From Savitreella phatthalungensis (taxonomy: Eukaryota), in assembly GCA_051599415.1 (NCBI GenBank), contig AP039695.1, positions 248,001 through 312,000 of the forward strand: 64,000 nucleotides of DNA, in the 5' to 3' direction. This document shows, in pieces, positions 1 through 12,336 of this stretch (position 1 is its first letter; each line of letters begins with the position of its first letter). A model generated the notes under the pieces. That model was given only the letters and a program-made list of their open reading frames with translations. It was not told where the DNA came from and searched no databases. A program made the translations under genes and the position numbers.

Positions 1-530
1 TGCTCTAGACACCCGTTGCTCATCGTATGGTCGATTGATGCGCAGCATTGGTGAGCCACATGGAAGCCAGGACATGTATGTGTCTATCTTTACATTACAT
101 TTATTGCTCGTTTTGTCTGGTCACAGCGAGAGAGTGTGTGCTCGTTGTGCATGTGGATGTAGGCGGGACGTGCGTCATCGGCATCTATCCAGAAGTAATA
201 ATTCTCTCTCTAATCAGTTCTTAATTCTGCATAAATCAATTTGAAAGTTCAACTTTCACCCCGTGCATCCATCCGGCTGTCGCTCTTTCACTTTCTCTCT
301 TTCTCTAACGATTCCCCGAATTCGATCATTCGACCTATCGATCGATCGGTCGGTCGGCGTGAATGCGTGGGTGAGCGACCGGCCCAGAGGGACGTGGACG
401 ATGTGTGTCGCGGTCGTCGGTGTAGGTAGGTCTGAATCCGCGTGAACGATCACAGTTGCCACTCATCATCAACTCAAATCCAAAATCGCATCCACACATC
501 TTCTTCTTTCCCCCACCCCCATCAGTTGTT

Positions 531-1143
531 ATGGTAAGCCCGAACCCCCACACCACAAACACACCATCGTCGCATACCCTTCTCGCGCAACACCTTGCAC
601 AAGGGAGGAAAGATTGGCGCGTGGTAGACACGGAAAGTAGAGTCAACTGACATCCCGTGCTTTAGTCTCGCTCAGGAGTGCCAGTCTCGCAGGAGGTGAA
701 CGATGTGTTCCAGCAGTTGAAGCTCGGTAAGGATGACACAATGGTTCTGGGAGGATGAGACTGACAGGCCGTCGTGGCGTACAGGAAAGTCGCTCAAGTA
801 CATTGTGTTTGGGATGAACGAGGCAAACACGGAGATTGTGGTGCTTCAGAAGAGCGAGAGTGACGACTACGAGGAGTTTGTAGGCCACCTGCCAGAGAAC
901 GAGTGCAGGTACGCCGTGTACGACTTCCACTGGAACAAGGGGGACGAGGGAAAGAGGTCAAAGATCTGCTTCATCCACTGGTCACCCGACTCGGCAAAGA
1001 TAAAGGCAAAGATGATCTCAGCTTCGTCAAAGGACACAATCAGGAAGACACTTACAGGCGTCTCAGCAGAGGTCCAGGCAACCGACTTTGCAGAAGTCGC
1101 CTACGACACCGTGCTCGAGAAGGTCTCCAGGGGAGGATACTAG
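531..1143 (+). CDS. COF1: Cofilin/ADF actin-depolymerising factor, 3 exons (531-533, 666-726, 785-1143)
   Basis: ATG|GTAAGC intron 534-665 (CTGAC branch, TAG) and intron 727-784 (GTAAGG..CTGAC..CAG). The spliced product reads MSRSGVPVSQEVNDVFQQLKLGKSLKYIVFG...ECRYAVYDF...WSPDSAKIKAKM, a typical fungal cofilin. Confidence 0.96.
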
Positions 1144-1817
1144 ACATCGGGAGAGCGAAACACTCGGTCAGGGTTCTTCCTTCTTTTTGAGATCAACACT
1201 CACGCAAGAGAAAGCCACTCTTATGACTCTCTTGGTTCGGCCGTGTCTGGTCACTCATAAAGAAATTCACTCCCGAAAGATCCTTCGATTAGACAGAAAT
1301 CAATGCTGTATACTGTGTGATCTTTGTCAATGGACTTAACGTTACTGGCGTTCCTCAAGCATACTATACGCAAGGATCCTGTATAGAGTATGCTGTATAT
1401 ACTAGACCCATCATGAAGATCATTCACATCTCCTCTCACTTGACCCATTCGTTATATGACGATTTGCAAATCCATGGGTTGAGTGCATCGGCAGTGGATT
1501 ACTGACACTCACGTGCAGGATGCCGTGCATCAACTCTAAATCATATGTCATAGGGTACGCTACATACATATCATCCGTATCAGAATGGACCAAGAAGACC
1601 ATGCAGTTCATACAGTGGGTACATCCATCCATCCAGTGTATACAGTGCATGTGAATCAATCATCATTTTGTAGCTATCATTTTTTCCTTCTGTTTCTTTC
1701 ATCTCTCTTTCTTTCATCACTCTCTCTCTCTCTCTTGGATTTCCATTCTAGGCAATTCTACCACCCCGTGGAAAATTTATTCTTCTTCTGATGGTGAATT
1801 GCAAACAAAGTGCGTAA

Positions 1818-1870
1818 GAATTCTCTGGAACGTTTTCGATCTTGCTGGAGAATACTCGAACTTCTCAGAT
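1818..1870. promoter_or_regulatory. Heat-shock element array upstream of Hsp70
   Basis: GAA-type units recur every 10 bp (GAA 1818, GAA 1828, GAT 1838, GAG 1848, GAA 1858, GAT 1868) with degenerate TTC-like units between them. TATA-like TATAAG at 2144. Confidence 0.7.
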
Positions 1871-2224
1871 CAATCTATCAAAAATTCTGATTTCACCTCC
1901 GTCAGATACAAGCATCCACCATTCCGCCACCTCACCAACACCTCTCTACCTACCTGTCTCCCACTTCACCCTCTCATCCTCTCACTCTCAGTCACCTTCC
2001 AACGTCCTCTGCTCACACGCACCCTCCTGGACGCACTCACACACGATCCACCTAAGCCTCTAGGATCTCTCTCGCACTCTCTCGACGGTCCTCCTAACCT
2101 TCCAGACACACACCCCAAACACCCACACACCACAGTGACTGGGTATAAGATACAGAGCAATCCTCCCACTCCACTCACAACCTAAAGAAAAAATCTACCT
2201 TCATACATACATCCTTTCAGCAGT

Positions 2225-4171
2225 ATGTCCGCAGGAAAGGCAGTCGGTATTGATTTGGGCACGACCTACTCGTGCGTCGGCGTCTGGCAGAGCGAGCGTG
2301 TCGAGATCATTGCAAACGATCAGGGTAACCGTACAACCCCTTCATATGTCGCCTTCACAGACACAGAGCGTCTCATCGGTGACGCCGCAAAGAACCAGGT
2401 CGCCATGAACCCTACAAACTCAGTTTTCGATGCAAAGCGTCTCATCGGACGCAAGTTTGCAGATGCAGAGGTTCAGGCAGACATGAAGCACTGGCCATTC
2501 AAGATTGTCGACAAGGCAACAAAGCCAATCATCCAGGTCGAGTTCAAGGGTGAGACGAAGCAGTTCACACCCGAGGAGGTCTCGGCTATGGTGCTCACAA
2601 AGATGCGTGAGACCGCAGAGGCATACCTTGGTACCAAGGTCTCCAACGCAGTCGTCACCGTTCCAGCTTACTTCAACGACTCCCAGCGTCAGGCTACAAA
2701 GGACGCCGGCACGATTGCTGGCATGAACGTCCTCCGTATCATCAACGAGCCCACAGCCGCTGCTATCGCATACGGTCTTGACAAGAAGGGCCAGAAGGAG
2801 CAGAACGTCCTCATCTTCGACCTCGGAGGTGGCACGTTCGATGTGTCTCTCCTCACGATCGAGGACGGTATCTTCGAGGTCAAGGCAACCGCCGGTGACA
2901 CGCACTTGGGCGGTGAGGACTTTGACAACCGTCTCGTCACCCACTTCGTTCAGGAGTTCAAGCGCAAGTTCAAGAAGGACATCACCACGAACGCACGTGC
3001 TCTCCGTCGTCTGCGTACCGCAGCTGAGCGCGCAAAGCGCACTCTTTCTTCCTCTGCTCAGGCATCGATCGAGATCGACTCGCTCTTCGAGGGAACCGAC
3101 TTCTACACCTCCATCACCCGTGCACGTTTCGAGGAGCTCTGCGCTGACCTTTTCCGTGGCACCATGGAGCCTGTCGAGAAGGTCCTCCGCGACTCCAAGA
3201 TCGACAAGTCTTCCGTCGACGAGATCGTCCTTGTCGGTGGATCGACCCGTATCCCACGTGTGCAGAAGCTCGTCTCCGACTTCTTCAACGGCAAGGAGCC
3301 GAACAAGTCGATCAACCCTGACGAGGCTGTCGCCTACGGCGCAGCTGTCCAGGCAGCCATTCTGTCCGGCGACACGTCCGAGAAGACCCAGGACCTGCTC
3401 CTGCTCGATGTCACTCCTCTGTCGACCGGTATCGAGACCGCTGGTGGTGTCATGACCCCGCTCATCAAGCGTAACTCGACTGTCCCGACAAAGAAGTCCG
3501 AGACCTTCTCCACCTACGCCGACAACCAGCCCGGTGTGCTGATCCAGGTGTTCGAGGGCGAGCGTGCTCGTACCAAGGACTGCAACCTGCTCGGCAAGTT
3601 CGAGCTCACTGGTATCCCACCTGCACCTCGTGGTGTCCCACAGATCGAGGTTACCTTCGACATTGACGCCAACGGTATTCTCAACGTCTCCGCCGTCGAG
3701 AAGGGTACCGGCAAGGCCAACAAGATCACCATCACGAACGACAAGGGTCGTCTGTCGAAGGAGGACATCGAGCGCATGGTGTCTGAGGCTGAGAAGTTCA
3801 AGGAGGAGGACGAGGCTGAGACCTCGCGTATCCAGGCCAAGAACGGATTGGAATCGTACGCATACTCGCTCAAGCAGTCACTCTCGGACGAGAAGTTCAA
3901 GGACAAGATCTCTGACGAGGACAAGAAGACTGTTGAGGCCAAGTGCACCGAGGTCATCTCATGGCTCGACGCCAACACCACCGCCACAAAGGAGGAGTAC
4001 GAGTCACAGCAGAAGGAGCTCGAGGCCGTCGCAAACCCTGTCATGATGAAGGCATACCAGGGTGCAGGCGGACCAGAGGGTGGTATGCCAGGAGGCATGC
4101 CCGGAGGCGCACCAGGTGCTGGACCAGCCGGCCCTGGTGCAGACGGACCTACCGTTGAGGAGGTCGACTAA
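2225..4171 (+). CDS. SSA1: Cytosolic Hsp70 (SSA family), intronless
   Basis: [21 protein letters not shown] and [11 protein letters not shown] signatures; GGMP repeats; C-terminal GPTVEEVD. Confidence 0.99.
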   Translation: MSAGKAVGIDLGTTYSCVGVWQSERVEIIANDQGNRTTPSYVAFTDTERLIGDAAKNQVAMNPTNSVFDAKRLIGRKFADAEVQADMKHWPFKIVDKATKPIIQVEFKGETKQFTPEEVSAMVLTKMRETAEAYLGTKVSNAVVTVPAYFNDSQRQATKDAGTIAGMNVLRIINEPTAAAIAYGLDKKGQKEQNVLIFDLGGGTFDVSLLTIEDGIFEVKATAGDTHLGGEDFDNRLVTHFVQEFKRKFKKDITTNARALRRLRTAAERAKRTLSSSAQASIEIDSLFEGTDFYTSITRARFEELCADLFRGTMEPVEKVLRDSKIDKSSVDEIVLVGGSTRIPRVQKLVSDFFNGKEPNKSINPDEAVAYGAAVQAAILSGDTSEKTQDLLLLDVTPLSTGIETAGGVMTPLIKRNSTVPTKKSETFSTYADNQPGVLIQVFEGERARTKDCNLLGKFELTGIPPAPRGVPQIEVTFDIDANGILNVSAVEKGTGKANKITITNDKGRLSKEDIERMVSEAEKFKEEDEAETSRIQAKNGLESYAYSLKQSLSDEKFKDKISDEDKKTVEAKCTEVISWLDANTTATKEEYESQQKELEAVANPVMMKAYQGAGGPEGGMPGGMPGGAPGAGPAGPGADGPTVEEVD

Positions 4172-4410
4172 ACGCTCTCACCTCATCCTTAATTTTGACA
4201 ACCGCTTCATCCTTTACGCATTAGCAAAAGTCTCTCATAGAAAGAATTTCATGACAAACGAGCAACCTATCTACCGTTGTGCAAACAGCCCTTGAGTAAA
4301 GTAACAATTGAAGAGACATCCATTGAATTGGGTGTTGTGCGTAAGTGTGTATATGTATGTGCTAGTACTCTCCCTCTCGTCTTGTCTGCATGCCCAACGT
4401 GCTTGCAAGA

Positions 4411-4926
4411 CTATGCTCCAGACTTGTTTGGTACGGGTGCTGGGTAATCTTCTGTGAAGGGTTTGAAGATTCGGTTCTTCTTGAGCCATGGCTCTTGACC
4501 TTCCTTTGTGCCGGGTACCTGCTTCTTAAGTCCCATGGTGTCGAAGAGGCACTTGTTGAAGACTGCCTCTTTCGGTCTGCAGTTTGCGTACTCCTGGTTT
4601 TTGAGATCAAGGCAGGTCCAGTGTTGGAGGAACTCCTCTGCACAGTTTTTCTTGATGAGCGACAACGTCTCTGTCGCACACCGCGTCACTCGCCGACCTT
4701 CAAACAAGCATGCAGCGTCGCTAGCCTCACCACGAGCACCAGCCTCAGCCTTGCATGCCATGAAATCCTGACCATACGAGCCACAGCGTTCACCCAGCGC
4801 AAACGCAGCAGACTTCAGCGGCGCACTCGTAGCGCCAACCTCATCAACAGCAGGAATGCTAGACGGCAGCGGCGTGCTGTCTACCAGCGACGACTGGTTG
4901 AATCGAGGCTCCTTGTACGTCGTCAT
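4411..4926 (-). CDS. NDUFA8: NADH:ubiquinone oxidoreductase 20.8 kDa subunit (NDUFA8, twin CX9C)
   Basis: EVGATSAPLKSAAFALGERC...CLFEGRRVTRC...C..EFLQHWTCLD...CRPKEAVFNKC. The first ATG is at 4926 (MTTYKEPRFNQ); the ORF-track start is a non-ATG codon. Confidence 0.92.
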   Translation of the reverse strand: MTTYKEPRFNQSSLVDSTPLPSSIPAVDEVGATSAPLKSAAFALGERCGSYGQDFMACKAEAGARGEASDAACLFEGRRVTRCATETLSLIKKNCAEEFLQHWTCLDLKNQEYANCRPKEAVFNKCLFDTMGLKKQVPGTKEGQEPWLKKNRIFKPFTEDYPAPVPNKSGA

Positions 4927-5312
4927 CTCCTGTAGCTCCACTCGGACACTGACAAGCCTCCAATTGCTCTACCTGTAAGCCTTGATCACCAGCTAGCCGC
5001 AACGACGCTCTCTCGCAGATGAGTTTGTTTGGTCGTCGTCAACGATTTGTGCTGTCGCTTGCCTGGTTCTGTCAAGCCTTTGCTTACACGTGATCCTGTG
5101 TTCTGTAAATTCCCGTGGCGCACACACACAGTCTTGATGATTCGTGGCTTGAACGCGTAAGAATTAAATCACGAGCTCTTCCATCAAACGTACACTACAT
5201 CTTACACAACACGGTCTACCGTGCACCTCACACACGTCAACTCCAAGCTCTGCGAGATTGTTTCCAAAAGGCCTTCTAGACTGGTGACGCGCTTCTACAA
5301 CAGCTGTCGGCA

Positions 5313-7085
5313 ATGTCGTTCAGCTTTGGAGGTGGCGGATTTGGTACACCCGGAGCTGCTCCACAACAACAACAACCACAGCAGCAGGGGACCCCGTCAT
5401 TCAGTTTCGGGCAGCCAGCAGCGGCAACACCGAAGCCAGCGGGAGGACTCTTCGGGACACCTGCACAGCAGCAACCCGCAGGTCAGACCGGCACGCCAGC
5501 GTTCAGCTTCGGTGCCCAGCCACAACAACAACAACAGCAGCAGCAGCCGGCAAAGCCGGCATTCTCGTTCGGTACACCGGCATCATCACAACAGCAACAA
5601 CAACAGCCGACAGGGGGTTTATTCGGTCAGTCAACGCAGCAACAGGCAGGCACACCATCAGGGGGACTATTCGGCCAGCAGCCACAACAGCAACAGGCCA
5701 CTCCAGCCGGTGGATTGTTTGGCAATACGACTTCGACAAACACGGGGGGTGGTCTGTTCGGTAATCAGCCACAGCAGCAGCAACAGCAGCAGCAGCCAGG
5801 TCAATCGGGAGGGCTATTCGGTCAGCAAAGTACCGCCCAGCCGCAATCCGCGGGACTTTTCGGCAACTCTTCAGTCTTTGGTCAGCAGCAACAGCAACAG
5901 CCACAACAGCAGCAGCCCAACGGACTATCACAGCAGCAACAACAGCAACAGCAGCAGCCACAACCGCAGCCATCGCTATCGCAGTCCGTGTTCGGCCAGA
6001 CCATCAGTCAGCCGCAGTTCTCATGGTCACGCCAGCAGCAAGCGCCGCCACAGCAGATGCCGTTGTTTGGTCAGAGCACGAATCGGCCTTTTGCGCCATC
6101 GCAGTCAGTCTACGGGGCAGGCTCGGCAAGCACGCAGACTGCGACGTCCCAATCGACGTACGGTCCAGCGCAGCCAGCGTCGATCCAGGATCAGCTGTTG
6201 CGGCTCAAGAATGCATGGGATCCTACTCATCCAGACTGCATGTTCAGAGCGTACTTCTACAACCGGGTAGGTGTCGAGACGGCGGCCTTGTACACAAAGC
6301 CAGCGGACCACTCGCAGCGGGCGTGGGAAGAGGCTGTCGCCGCGAGGCCTGACGATGCCGTGATTCCTGTGCTCGCAGTCGGCTTCAACGATCTGCGAGC
6401 ACGGGTGCAGTCGCAGGAACAGCAGGTTTACGCCTACCGTGTGCGAATGAACGAGTGCGCGGCGAAACTAGACGAGCTAGCCAATCGACACGCCCTCCAC
6501 GCTTCACCGAAGCTATCAGCAGCTAGACAGCGTCAGCAGGAGCTAGCTCGTCGAGCACTTGCCCTTGCAGCGAAAACACAAGTCCTGAAATGCAGAGGGT
6601 ACGCGCTCAGGCCAGAGGAAGAACAACTCCGACAGCGTCTGCGAGATCTACAGGAGAGAGCAAATCGGCCAGACACCTTGGGTCGTCTGGATGACGTGTG
6701 GGCCAAGATGACGTTGCTCAAACAGCGCCAAAAGCAGATCTCCAAAGAGATCGAGGCGGATGGCTACGTGCGCGTCATCAATTTTGACGACCAGGAGGAA
6801 GACGAAGGCATCACCACAGACAAAGACGGACTACCTGTGAATTCGAAATCAAAGTCGAACTCTACAGCCGGTCAAAACGCAGTAGCACTCCAACACATCA
6901 CTCAAGTCCTAGCAGACCATGCAAAGGGTATTGCATATGTCTCGGATCTCCTCAAAGCCGATCTCCAAGCAGTCGATGGAGAACTCGATCGGACAACTCG
7001 TCATAGAAATCCACACCAACAATCCCAGTCACAGGCTCTAGGCCAGTCTCAAGGACAATCACAAGCACAAGTGTCATCTACATGA
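5313..7085 (+). CDS. NUP57: Central-channel GLFG nucleoporin Nup57/Nup54
   Basis: N-terminal FSFG/GGLFG repeats with poly-Q spacers, followed by the Nup54-type domain (LKNAWDP...CMFRAYFYN...WEEA...IPVLAVGFNDL) and coiled coils. Confidence 0.92.
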   Translation: MSFSFGGGGFGTPGAAPQQQQPQQQGTPSFSFGQPAAATPKPAGGLFGTPAQQQPAGQTGTPAFSFGAQPQQQQQQQQPAKPAFSFGTPASSQQQQQQPTGGLFGQSTQQQAGTPSGGLFGQQPQQQQATPAGGLFGNTTSTNTGGGLFGNQPQQQQQQQQPGQSGGLFGQQSTAQPQSAGLFGNSSVFGQQQQQQPQQQQPNGLSQQQQQQQQQPQPQPSLSQSVFGQTISQPQFSWSRQQQAPPQQMPLFGQSTNRPFAPSQSVYGAGSASTQTATSQSTYGPAQPASIQDQLLRLKNAWDPTHPDCMFRAYFYNRVGVETAALYTKPADHSQRAWEEAVAARPDDAVIPVLAVGFNDLRARVQSQEQQVYAYRVRMNECAAKLDELANRHALHASPKLSAARQRQQELARRALALAAKTQVLKCRGYALRPEEEQLRQRLRDLQERANRPDTLGRLDDVWAKMTLLKQRQKQISKEIEADGYVRVINFDDQEEDEGITTDKDGLPVNSKSKSNSTAGQNAVALQHITQVLADHAKGIAYVSDLLKADLQAVDGELDRTTRHRNPHQQSQSQALGQSQGQSQAQVSST

Positions 7086-7590
7086 GCTGTCAAGAAGCGA
7101 TCCCACCTGGGATAGTCATCCATACGGATTTATCGTTAGCTATAGTACAGCTCGACTCGAATCTGAATGATTGACCATGCCCCAGTGATTGAGGTATGAA
7201 TGATGGACTATTCCGAGTATGCAGAAGCGCACGGGGATGACGGGGTGACGGGTGATGGCCGCGGTTTGCGGGTGGATTGAAACTTGCACAGCCTCAATCG
7301 AATCATTAGCATACTCTTTTTCATCACAGGATATAATCAATCTATCAGAGGTCATATCACTCAGATCTATCTTTCTAATGGAACCACCCCTCCATCGAGT
7401 GCCAAGCAAGCAAGCAAGCAGACGCAACGTCCAGTACCAGTGCACGCTCGCATTCCAACATCTGACTCACCTCTTCGAGAAAGCAAGTATCTGACTTCCA
7501 AAGACAGACCTCAGGAAGGAAGAAGCACGAGTAGGAGGTTGCGCGCGCGCATCTAGAAAGAGAGAGAAAGAGAGAGTTTCATTATCAAGG

Positions 7591-7909
7591 ATGTCTAATC
7601 ATCAGCAACAATACTATCCACCGCCTCAGCAGCCTCAGCAGGTGAGTTTTCCCAGACGCGTGGTTGTGAGTGTTTCGAACGACTGACAAGCGTTAATTGC
7701 AGGCGTACAACCAGGGATACCCACCACAGCAGGGATACCCACCACAAGGGTACCCACAGCAGCAACCAGGATACTATCCACCACAGCAACCAATGTACAT
7801 CCAGCAGCAACCAATGCAGCAGGCAGGTAGGGCAAACGGTAGTCAAAACTGCTGTCTCGCATGCTGTGCTGCATTACTCTGCTGCTGCGCACTCGATGCC
7901 ATCTTCTAG
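7591..7909 (+). CDS. CYSTM cysteine-rich tail-anchored protein, 2 exons (7591-7641, 7703-7909)
   Basis: Intron 7642-7702 (GTGAGT..CTGAC..CAG). Q/P/Y-rich GYPPQ repeats and C-terminal CCLACCAALLCCCALDAIF. Confidence 0.88.
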
Positions 7910-8420
7910 GGAAGCACGAAGGCAGCGTGTGTATATAGTTGGAGGCGAAGGAGGGAGAGAGAGAGAAGAAGAGATATGTATGTCGAGTGCCAATTCATGC
8001 AGTATATCATCATCAACAGTTTTCCAAGCTGCACGTGTGAATACAGAGAGCTGAGCAATTCACGTGATTTATAATTGGTCGAAAAACATCTCGTGTATGT
8101 GCACGTGAAGGGCGACGCGAATCCTGAATTCGATCTCTCCAAAATTATTGACGCGATCTATACCTCTATATGATCATAAGAATAAGGGCAGATGGTCAGC
8201 GTCAATCAGAAAAATAATAAACAAGAAATTAATAGCTCTTTCTACTCAATTGAGAAAAAGTCTAAGTTGACTTTCAGATTTCAACTAATTTAATCCTTAT
8301 AATCTATTCCACTTTAGCTCTCTTTCTATTCTCTGCTCTCTCTCTCTAATTTACTTCCCCCCCTTCTCAACCAACAACAACACATACACACTCTCTCCCT
8401 CTCTCTCAATACACACGCAC

Positions 8421-8480
8421 CTGCACACACACACACACACACACACACCTACACACGCAGCAACACATACACACACACAC
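8421..8480. repeat. (CA)n microsatellite and CA-rich tract in the alpha-tubulin 5' region
   Basis: Direct reading: cacacacacacacacacacacac followed by further CA runs, preceded by CT-rich tracts. Confidence 0.85.
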
Positions 8481-8605
8481 AACCCAGGATCTGCTTCCCC
8501 CTCAATCCCTTCCTACGCTCAATCATCCTCTAAGTCATCAGCATTCATACTCATCTTCAACCTCGCTCGACTCACAACACCTATCTATATACTAACCTAA
8601 CCACC

Positions 8606-10104
8606 ATGGTCGTAAGTCATCATTCCCCATTTCCCAAACAAAGAGCATGAACGACGACGACAACAACAACAACAACATCACCATCATCATCGCCAACCCT
8701 TCTCTCTTGTTTGTCTCTCCATAATACACATCCACTAACAATCTCCAGCGAGAAGTCATTTCTCTACACGTCGGACAGGCAGGCGTCCAGATCGGTAACT
8801 CCTGCTGGGAACTCTACTGTCTCGAACACGGTATCCAGCCTGACGGTCACCTTTCACCCGAGAAGCAGGCAGCACCAAAGGATGATGGCTTCTCAACCTT
8901 CTTTTCCGAGACCGGTAGCGGCAAGTACGTACCACGCTCAATCTACGTCGACCTCGAGCCCAACGTGATCGACGAGGTCAAGAACGGCGCCTACCGCAAC
9001 CTCTTCCACCCTGAGCAGATGATCTCCGGCAAGGAGGACGCAGCCAACAACTACGCACGTGGACATTACACTGTCGGCAAGGAGCTCGTCGACACCGTTC
9101 TCGACCGGATTCGTCGCGTCGCAGATAACTGCACAGGTCTTCAGGGATTCCTCGTCTTCCACTCCTTTGGCGGTGGAACGGGTTCTGGATTCGGTGCACT
9201 CCTGCTCGAGCGTCTGTCTGTCGACTACGGCAAGAAGAGCAAGCTCGAGTTCTCAGTCTATCCTGCACCCCAGCTATCGGCCTCTGTCGTCGAGCCCTAC
9301 AACTCCATCCTCACCACCCACACCACCCTCGAGCACTCAGACTGCTCGTTCATGGTCGACAACGAGGCCATCTACGACATCTGCCGTCGCAACCTCGACA
9401 TCCAGCGCCCCTCTGTCGAGAACCTCAACAGACTGATTGCCCAGGTCGTCTCATCCATCACCGCCTCCCTCCGGTTCGACGGATCTCTCAACGTCGACCT
9501 GAACGAGTTCCAGACAAACCTGGTGCCATACCCACGTATCCACTTCCCGCTCGTCACATACGCGCCAGTCGTCTCTGCCGCCAAGGCACACCACGAGTCC
9601 AACTCCGTGGCCGAGATTACAAACGCCTGCTTCGACCCTGCCAACCAGATGGTCAAGTGCGACCCGCGCAACGGCAAGTACATGGCATGTGTGATGCTGT
9701 ACCGGGGAGACGTTGTGCCCAAGGACGTCCAGGCCGCCGTCGCAACCACCAAGACCAAGCGGACGATTCAGTTTGTGGACTGGTGCCCGACCGGTTTCAA
9801 GATCGGCATCTGCTACCAGCCGCCTGCGCAGGTCAAGGACGGCGACCTCGCCAAGGTCAACCGCGCTGTCACCATGCTCTCCAACACCACAGCCATCGCA
9901 GAAGCCTGGTCAAGACTCGACCGGAAGTTCGACCTGATGTACGCAAAGCGTGCCTTTGTCCACTGGTACGTTGGCGAAGGTATGGAGGAAGGCGAGTTCT
10001 CAGAGGCACGTGAAGACCTCGCAGCTCTCGAGAAGGACTACGAAGAGGTCGGTCAAGACTCTCTAGAAGGTGACGACGAAGGACTTGAAGAGGCAGAATA
10101 CTAA
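8606..10104 (+). CDS. TUB1: Alpha-tubulin, 2 exons (8606-8611, 8749-10104)
   Basis: ATGGTC|GTAAGT...CTAAC..CAG|CGAGAAGTCATT gives M(V)[12 protein letters not shown]. Contains GGGTGSG and [17 protein letters not shown], with an acidic tail ending EEAEY. Confidence 0.98.
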
Positions 10105-10270
10105 ACACAGAAATCCCTTTTCCCCCCTTTTACAATCCTCCCCAAACTCAACAAACCCAAACTCGTTCCCATACAAACCCATAGCTATCCCTCGCGTACG
10201 TTTTCTCCGTCTCTTTTCTTCTCTTATTATCCATCCGATCATCGTAAACTTCCCCCCCGCTCTCCTTTTT

Positions 10271-11953
10271 CTACGTGACAGAGAATACACCTTCCCGAGC
10301 CACTACAAACTTTGACGTTCTCCCAATCGCTGCAAAAGGTGAGTACACCACAGACATCTGACGAACGACCAATCTCTGAACGCCATTCCTAGAGAGCGTC
10401 TCATCTCGCTTGACCCTCTTTCTCCTCTGTGAACCTCCTTCGTCATCCTCGTCCTCGTCCTCTTCGTGTTGGTGCTGTATTGTGGTGTTGATTTGGGAAG
10501 AGGTGACGAAATCGACGGTCATCGGAGGTGGATGTTTGAACTTGCCGGTGGTGGTATCGGTATCTCGAGGTGCTAACCTCCTGAGTGAGATCCGAGTGTG
10601 CACCTGGTTGCTCCACACAAGACCGAGCGCAGGCACTTTGAACTTACCAACCTCCTTCACACCCTCACCCTCACGGACCCCGCAACTCAGGTACACCAAT
10701 GCGTCATCGTAACGCATCACCCGATTCAAGTCGATGTTGCTGCCATCGACTGGAGTCGGCGGCGCTGATGAGGTAGGTGGTGAACCACCCTGGGTGAAAT
10801 CAATGTCGCCATCACCTGATTCCTCAGGGTGTGACCCAGGCCGGCGTGAGAAAGGGCGTTCAGGACCCATCGTGGTCGGGTAAAGGCGTTGTGATGGGTG
10901 GGTGGAGCGTACAGGGGGGGCGGAAATCCGGTCAGACACTTGGTTCGTGCACACGATCGCGATATCGTACCTGCGAGCGAGCAGGCGCAGGTGAGCGCCT
11001 AGCCGGGTCAGGTCGTCAGACCGAGTCGCGAGGTCATTCGGTCGACCGGAAGTGGTTGCACCAGCGGGAGCATACCTATTGCGACGACCGCCAGGCTCGT
11101 CTGTGACGGGAGTTTCGCGACGTGGCTTGTACTCAGCTCGGTAGTTAGCGGCGACAGAGTCCAAGATCACGATGCCAATAGGCCGGCGTGAAAGGCCGCC
11201 AGCCAGCCGTATCCGATCCCGTCGTCCAACAGTGTCGCTAGCACGGTCAGCAGGACCATTGTGCAGCTCTAGCAGCGCAGGAAGCTGGTAGTAGATCATG
11301 TGGTCCTGTAACTCCAAATCAGCACACGTCACCTGGTGGATGTGGTCTAGTGGGCGATCGGGAAGGACGGATTTTGTTTGGGTGGCGCGCGTGCATGTCT
11401 CTGGTTTGACGTCGTCCGAGGTGTCCTCGAGCTTCGGCACGTCTGGCGTGTAGTAGTCACGGTATCGATGCTTGGTCGCAAGGGCCATGTCGGCAACACG
11501 CTTCGTAGGCAGGCCGTGCTCGGTCGAGATGTACACAGCATCGCTGTCGAACCCACCGAGCGAGCGAGGCAGCTGCACCGCAACACACAGCTGCGCCATC
11601 AGCTGCGTCTTCCCGGACCCGGACTCTCCGCACAACTCCGTAATGTGCCGCGTCGGAATCCCACCAGATAGCATCTCGTCGATCCCAGCGTCGCCGGTCG
11701 TCATGAATCGTACGACAGATTCAGGGTCTGCGGCCATCTCCGCAAGCGTCTTATCGAAGAAGATGTCCTTCTCTGCAGCTTCGAGCACCTGATTTGTCAC
11801 CCGCTCGATCGACAGCACCGATAGATTCGTCGTTTTAGCAATCACTTCCGCAGGCGTCGTCACAAGGTCGATTGCGAGGATATCGTGTCGCTCGTATGCG
11901 GCCAACTCGGCAGTCGACAGCTTGATCCCAGGGTAGGATCGAGGCACGTCCAT
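10271..11953 (-). CDS. RAD57: Rad51 paralogue Rad57/XRCC3
   Basis: TTGDAGIDEMLSGGIPTRHITELCGESGSGKTQ (Walker A), VYISTEHGLP, IVILDSVAANYR (Walker B), NQVSD and PALGLVWSN. Likely start ATG at 11953 (MDVPRSYP). Confidence 0.9.
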   Translation of the reverse strand: MDVPRSYPGIKLSTAELAAYERHDILAIDLVTTPAEVIAKTTNLSVLSIERVTNQVLEAAEKDIFFDKTLAEMAADPESVVRFMTTGDAGIDEMLSGGIPTRHITELCGESGSGKTQLMAQLCVAVQLPRSLGGFDSDAVYISTEHGLPTKRVADMALATKHRYRDYYTPDVPKLEDTSDDVKPETCTRATQTKSVLPDRPLDHIHQVTCADLELQDHMIYYQLPALLELHNGPADRASDTVGRRDRIRLAGGLSRRPIGIVILDSVAANYRAEYKPRRETPVTDEPGGRRNRYAPAGATTSGRPNDLATRSDDLTRLGAHLRLLARRYDIAIVCTNQVSDRISAPPVRSTHPSQRLYPTTMGPERPFSRRPGSHPEESGDGDIDFTQGGSPPTSSAPPTPVDGSNIDLNRVMRYDDALVYLSCGVREGEGVKEVGKFKVPALGLVWSNQVHTRISLRRLAPRDTDTTTGKFKHPPPMTVDFVTSSQINTTIQHQHEEDEDEDDEGGSQRRKRVKRDETLSRNGVQRLVVRQMSVVYSPFAAIGRTSKFVVAREGVFSVT

Positions 11954-12336
11954 ACGCGTGTGACCACTCCACTGTAGCCGAGCTCGCTCACAAAAGAAAC
12001 ATAGCTCTCCGAGAAACGATGGTATTGCAGTCAAACCGCGTCCCGCAACCGATCAAGTCGGATAGAACGCGTGCATTGTATGTAGGCGCGCGTCTCAGTC
12101 ACTCGTAGTCGTGGTTGTGGTTACGTTACGGTATGCTTGCCCGTATGCGTGTGCGTGACTCGATCAATCTTTGTTCATTCACTACAAGCGTCTCAAAAAC
12201 GAGGCGGATCGAAAAGGAATGTCAAATGCACAACAGTCGAACCCACGCACACCTTCACGCACACACACCAACACGATCAATCATCCTTGTGTGCTCATCA
12301 ATGTGCTGATGATTGTCTATCTTATGAAGCTATAGT

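Noticed and set aside
1600..1651. Imperfect 19-bp inverted repeat (15/19 matches)
   Set aside because: Lies in TACA/CATG low-complexity DNA where such matches arise by chance, with no ncRNA hallmarks.
2420..4098. Multiple overlapping and antisense ORFs within Hsp70
   Set aside because: Antisense open frames are a well-known by-product of Hsp70 codon bias.
5221..6270. 349-aa S/N/R-rich ORF overlapping NUP57
   Set aside because: Alternative frame of the CAG/CAA poly-Q repeats, with a non-ATG start.
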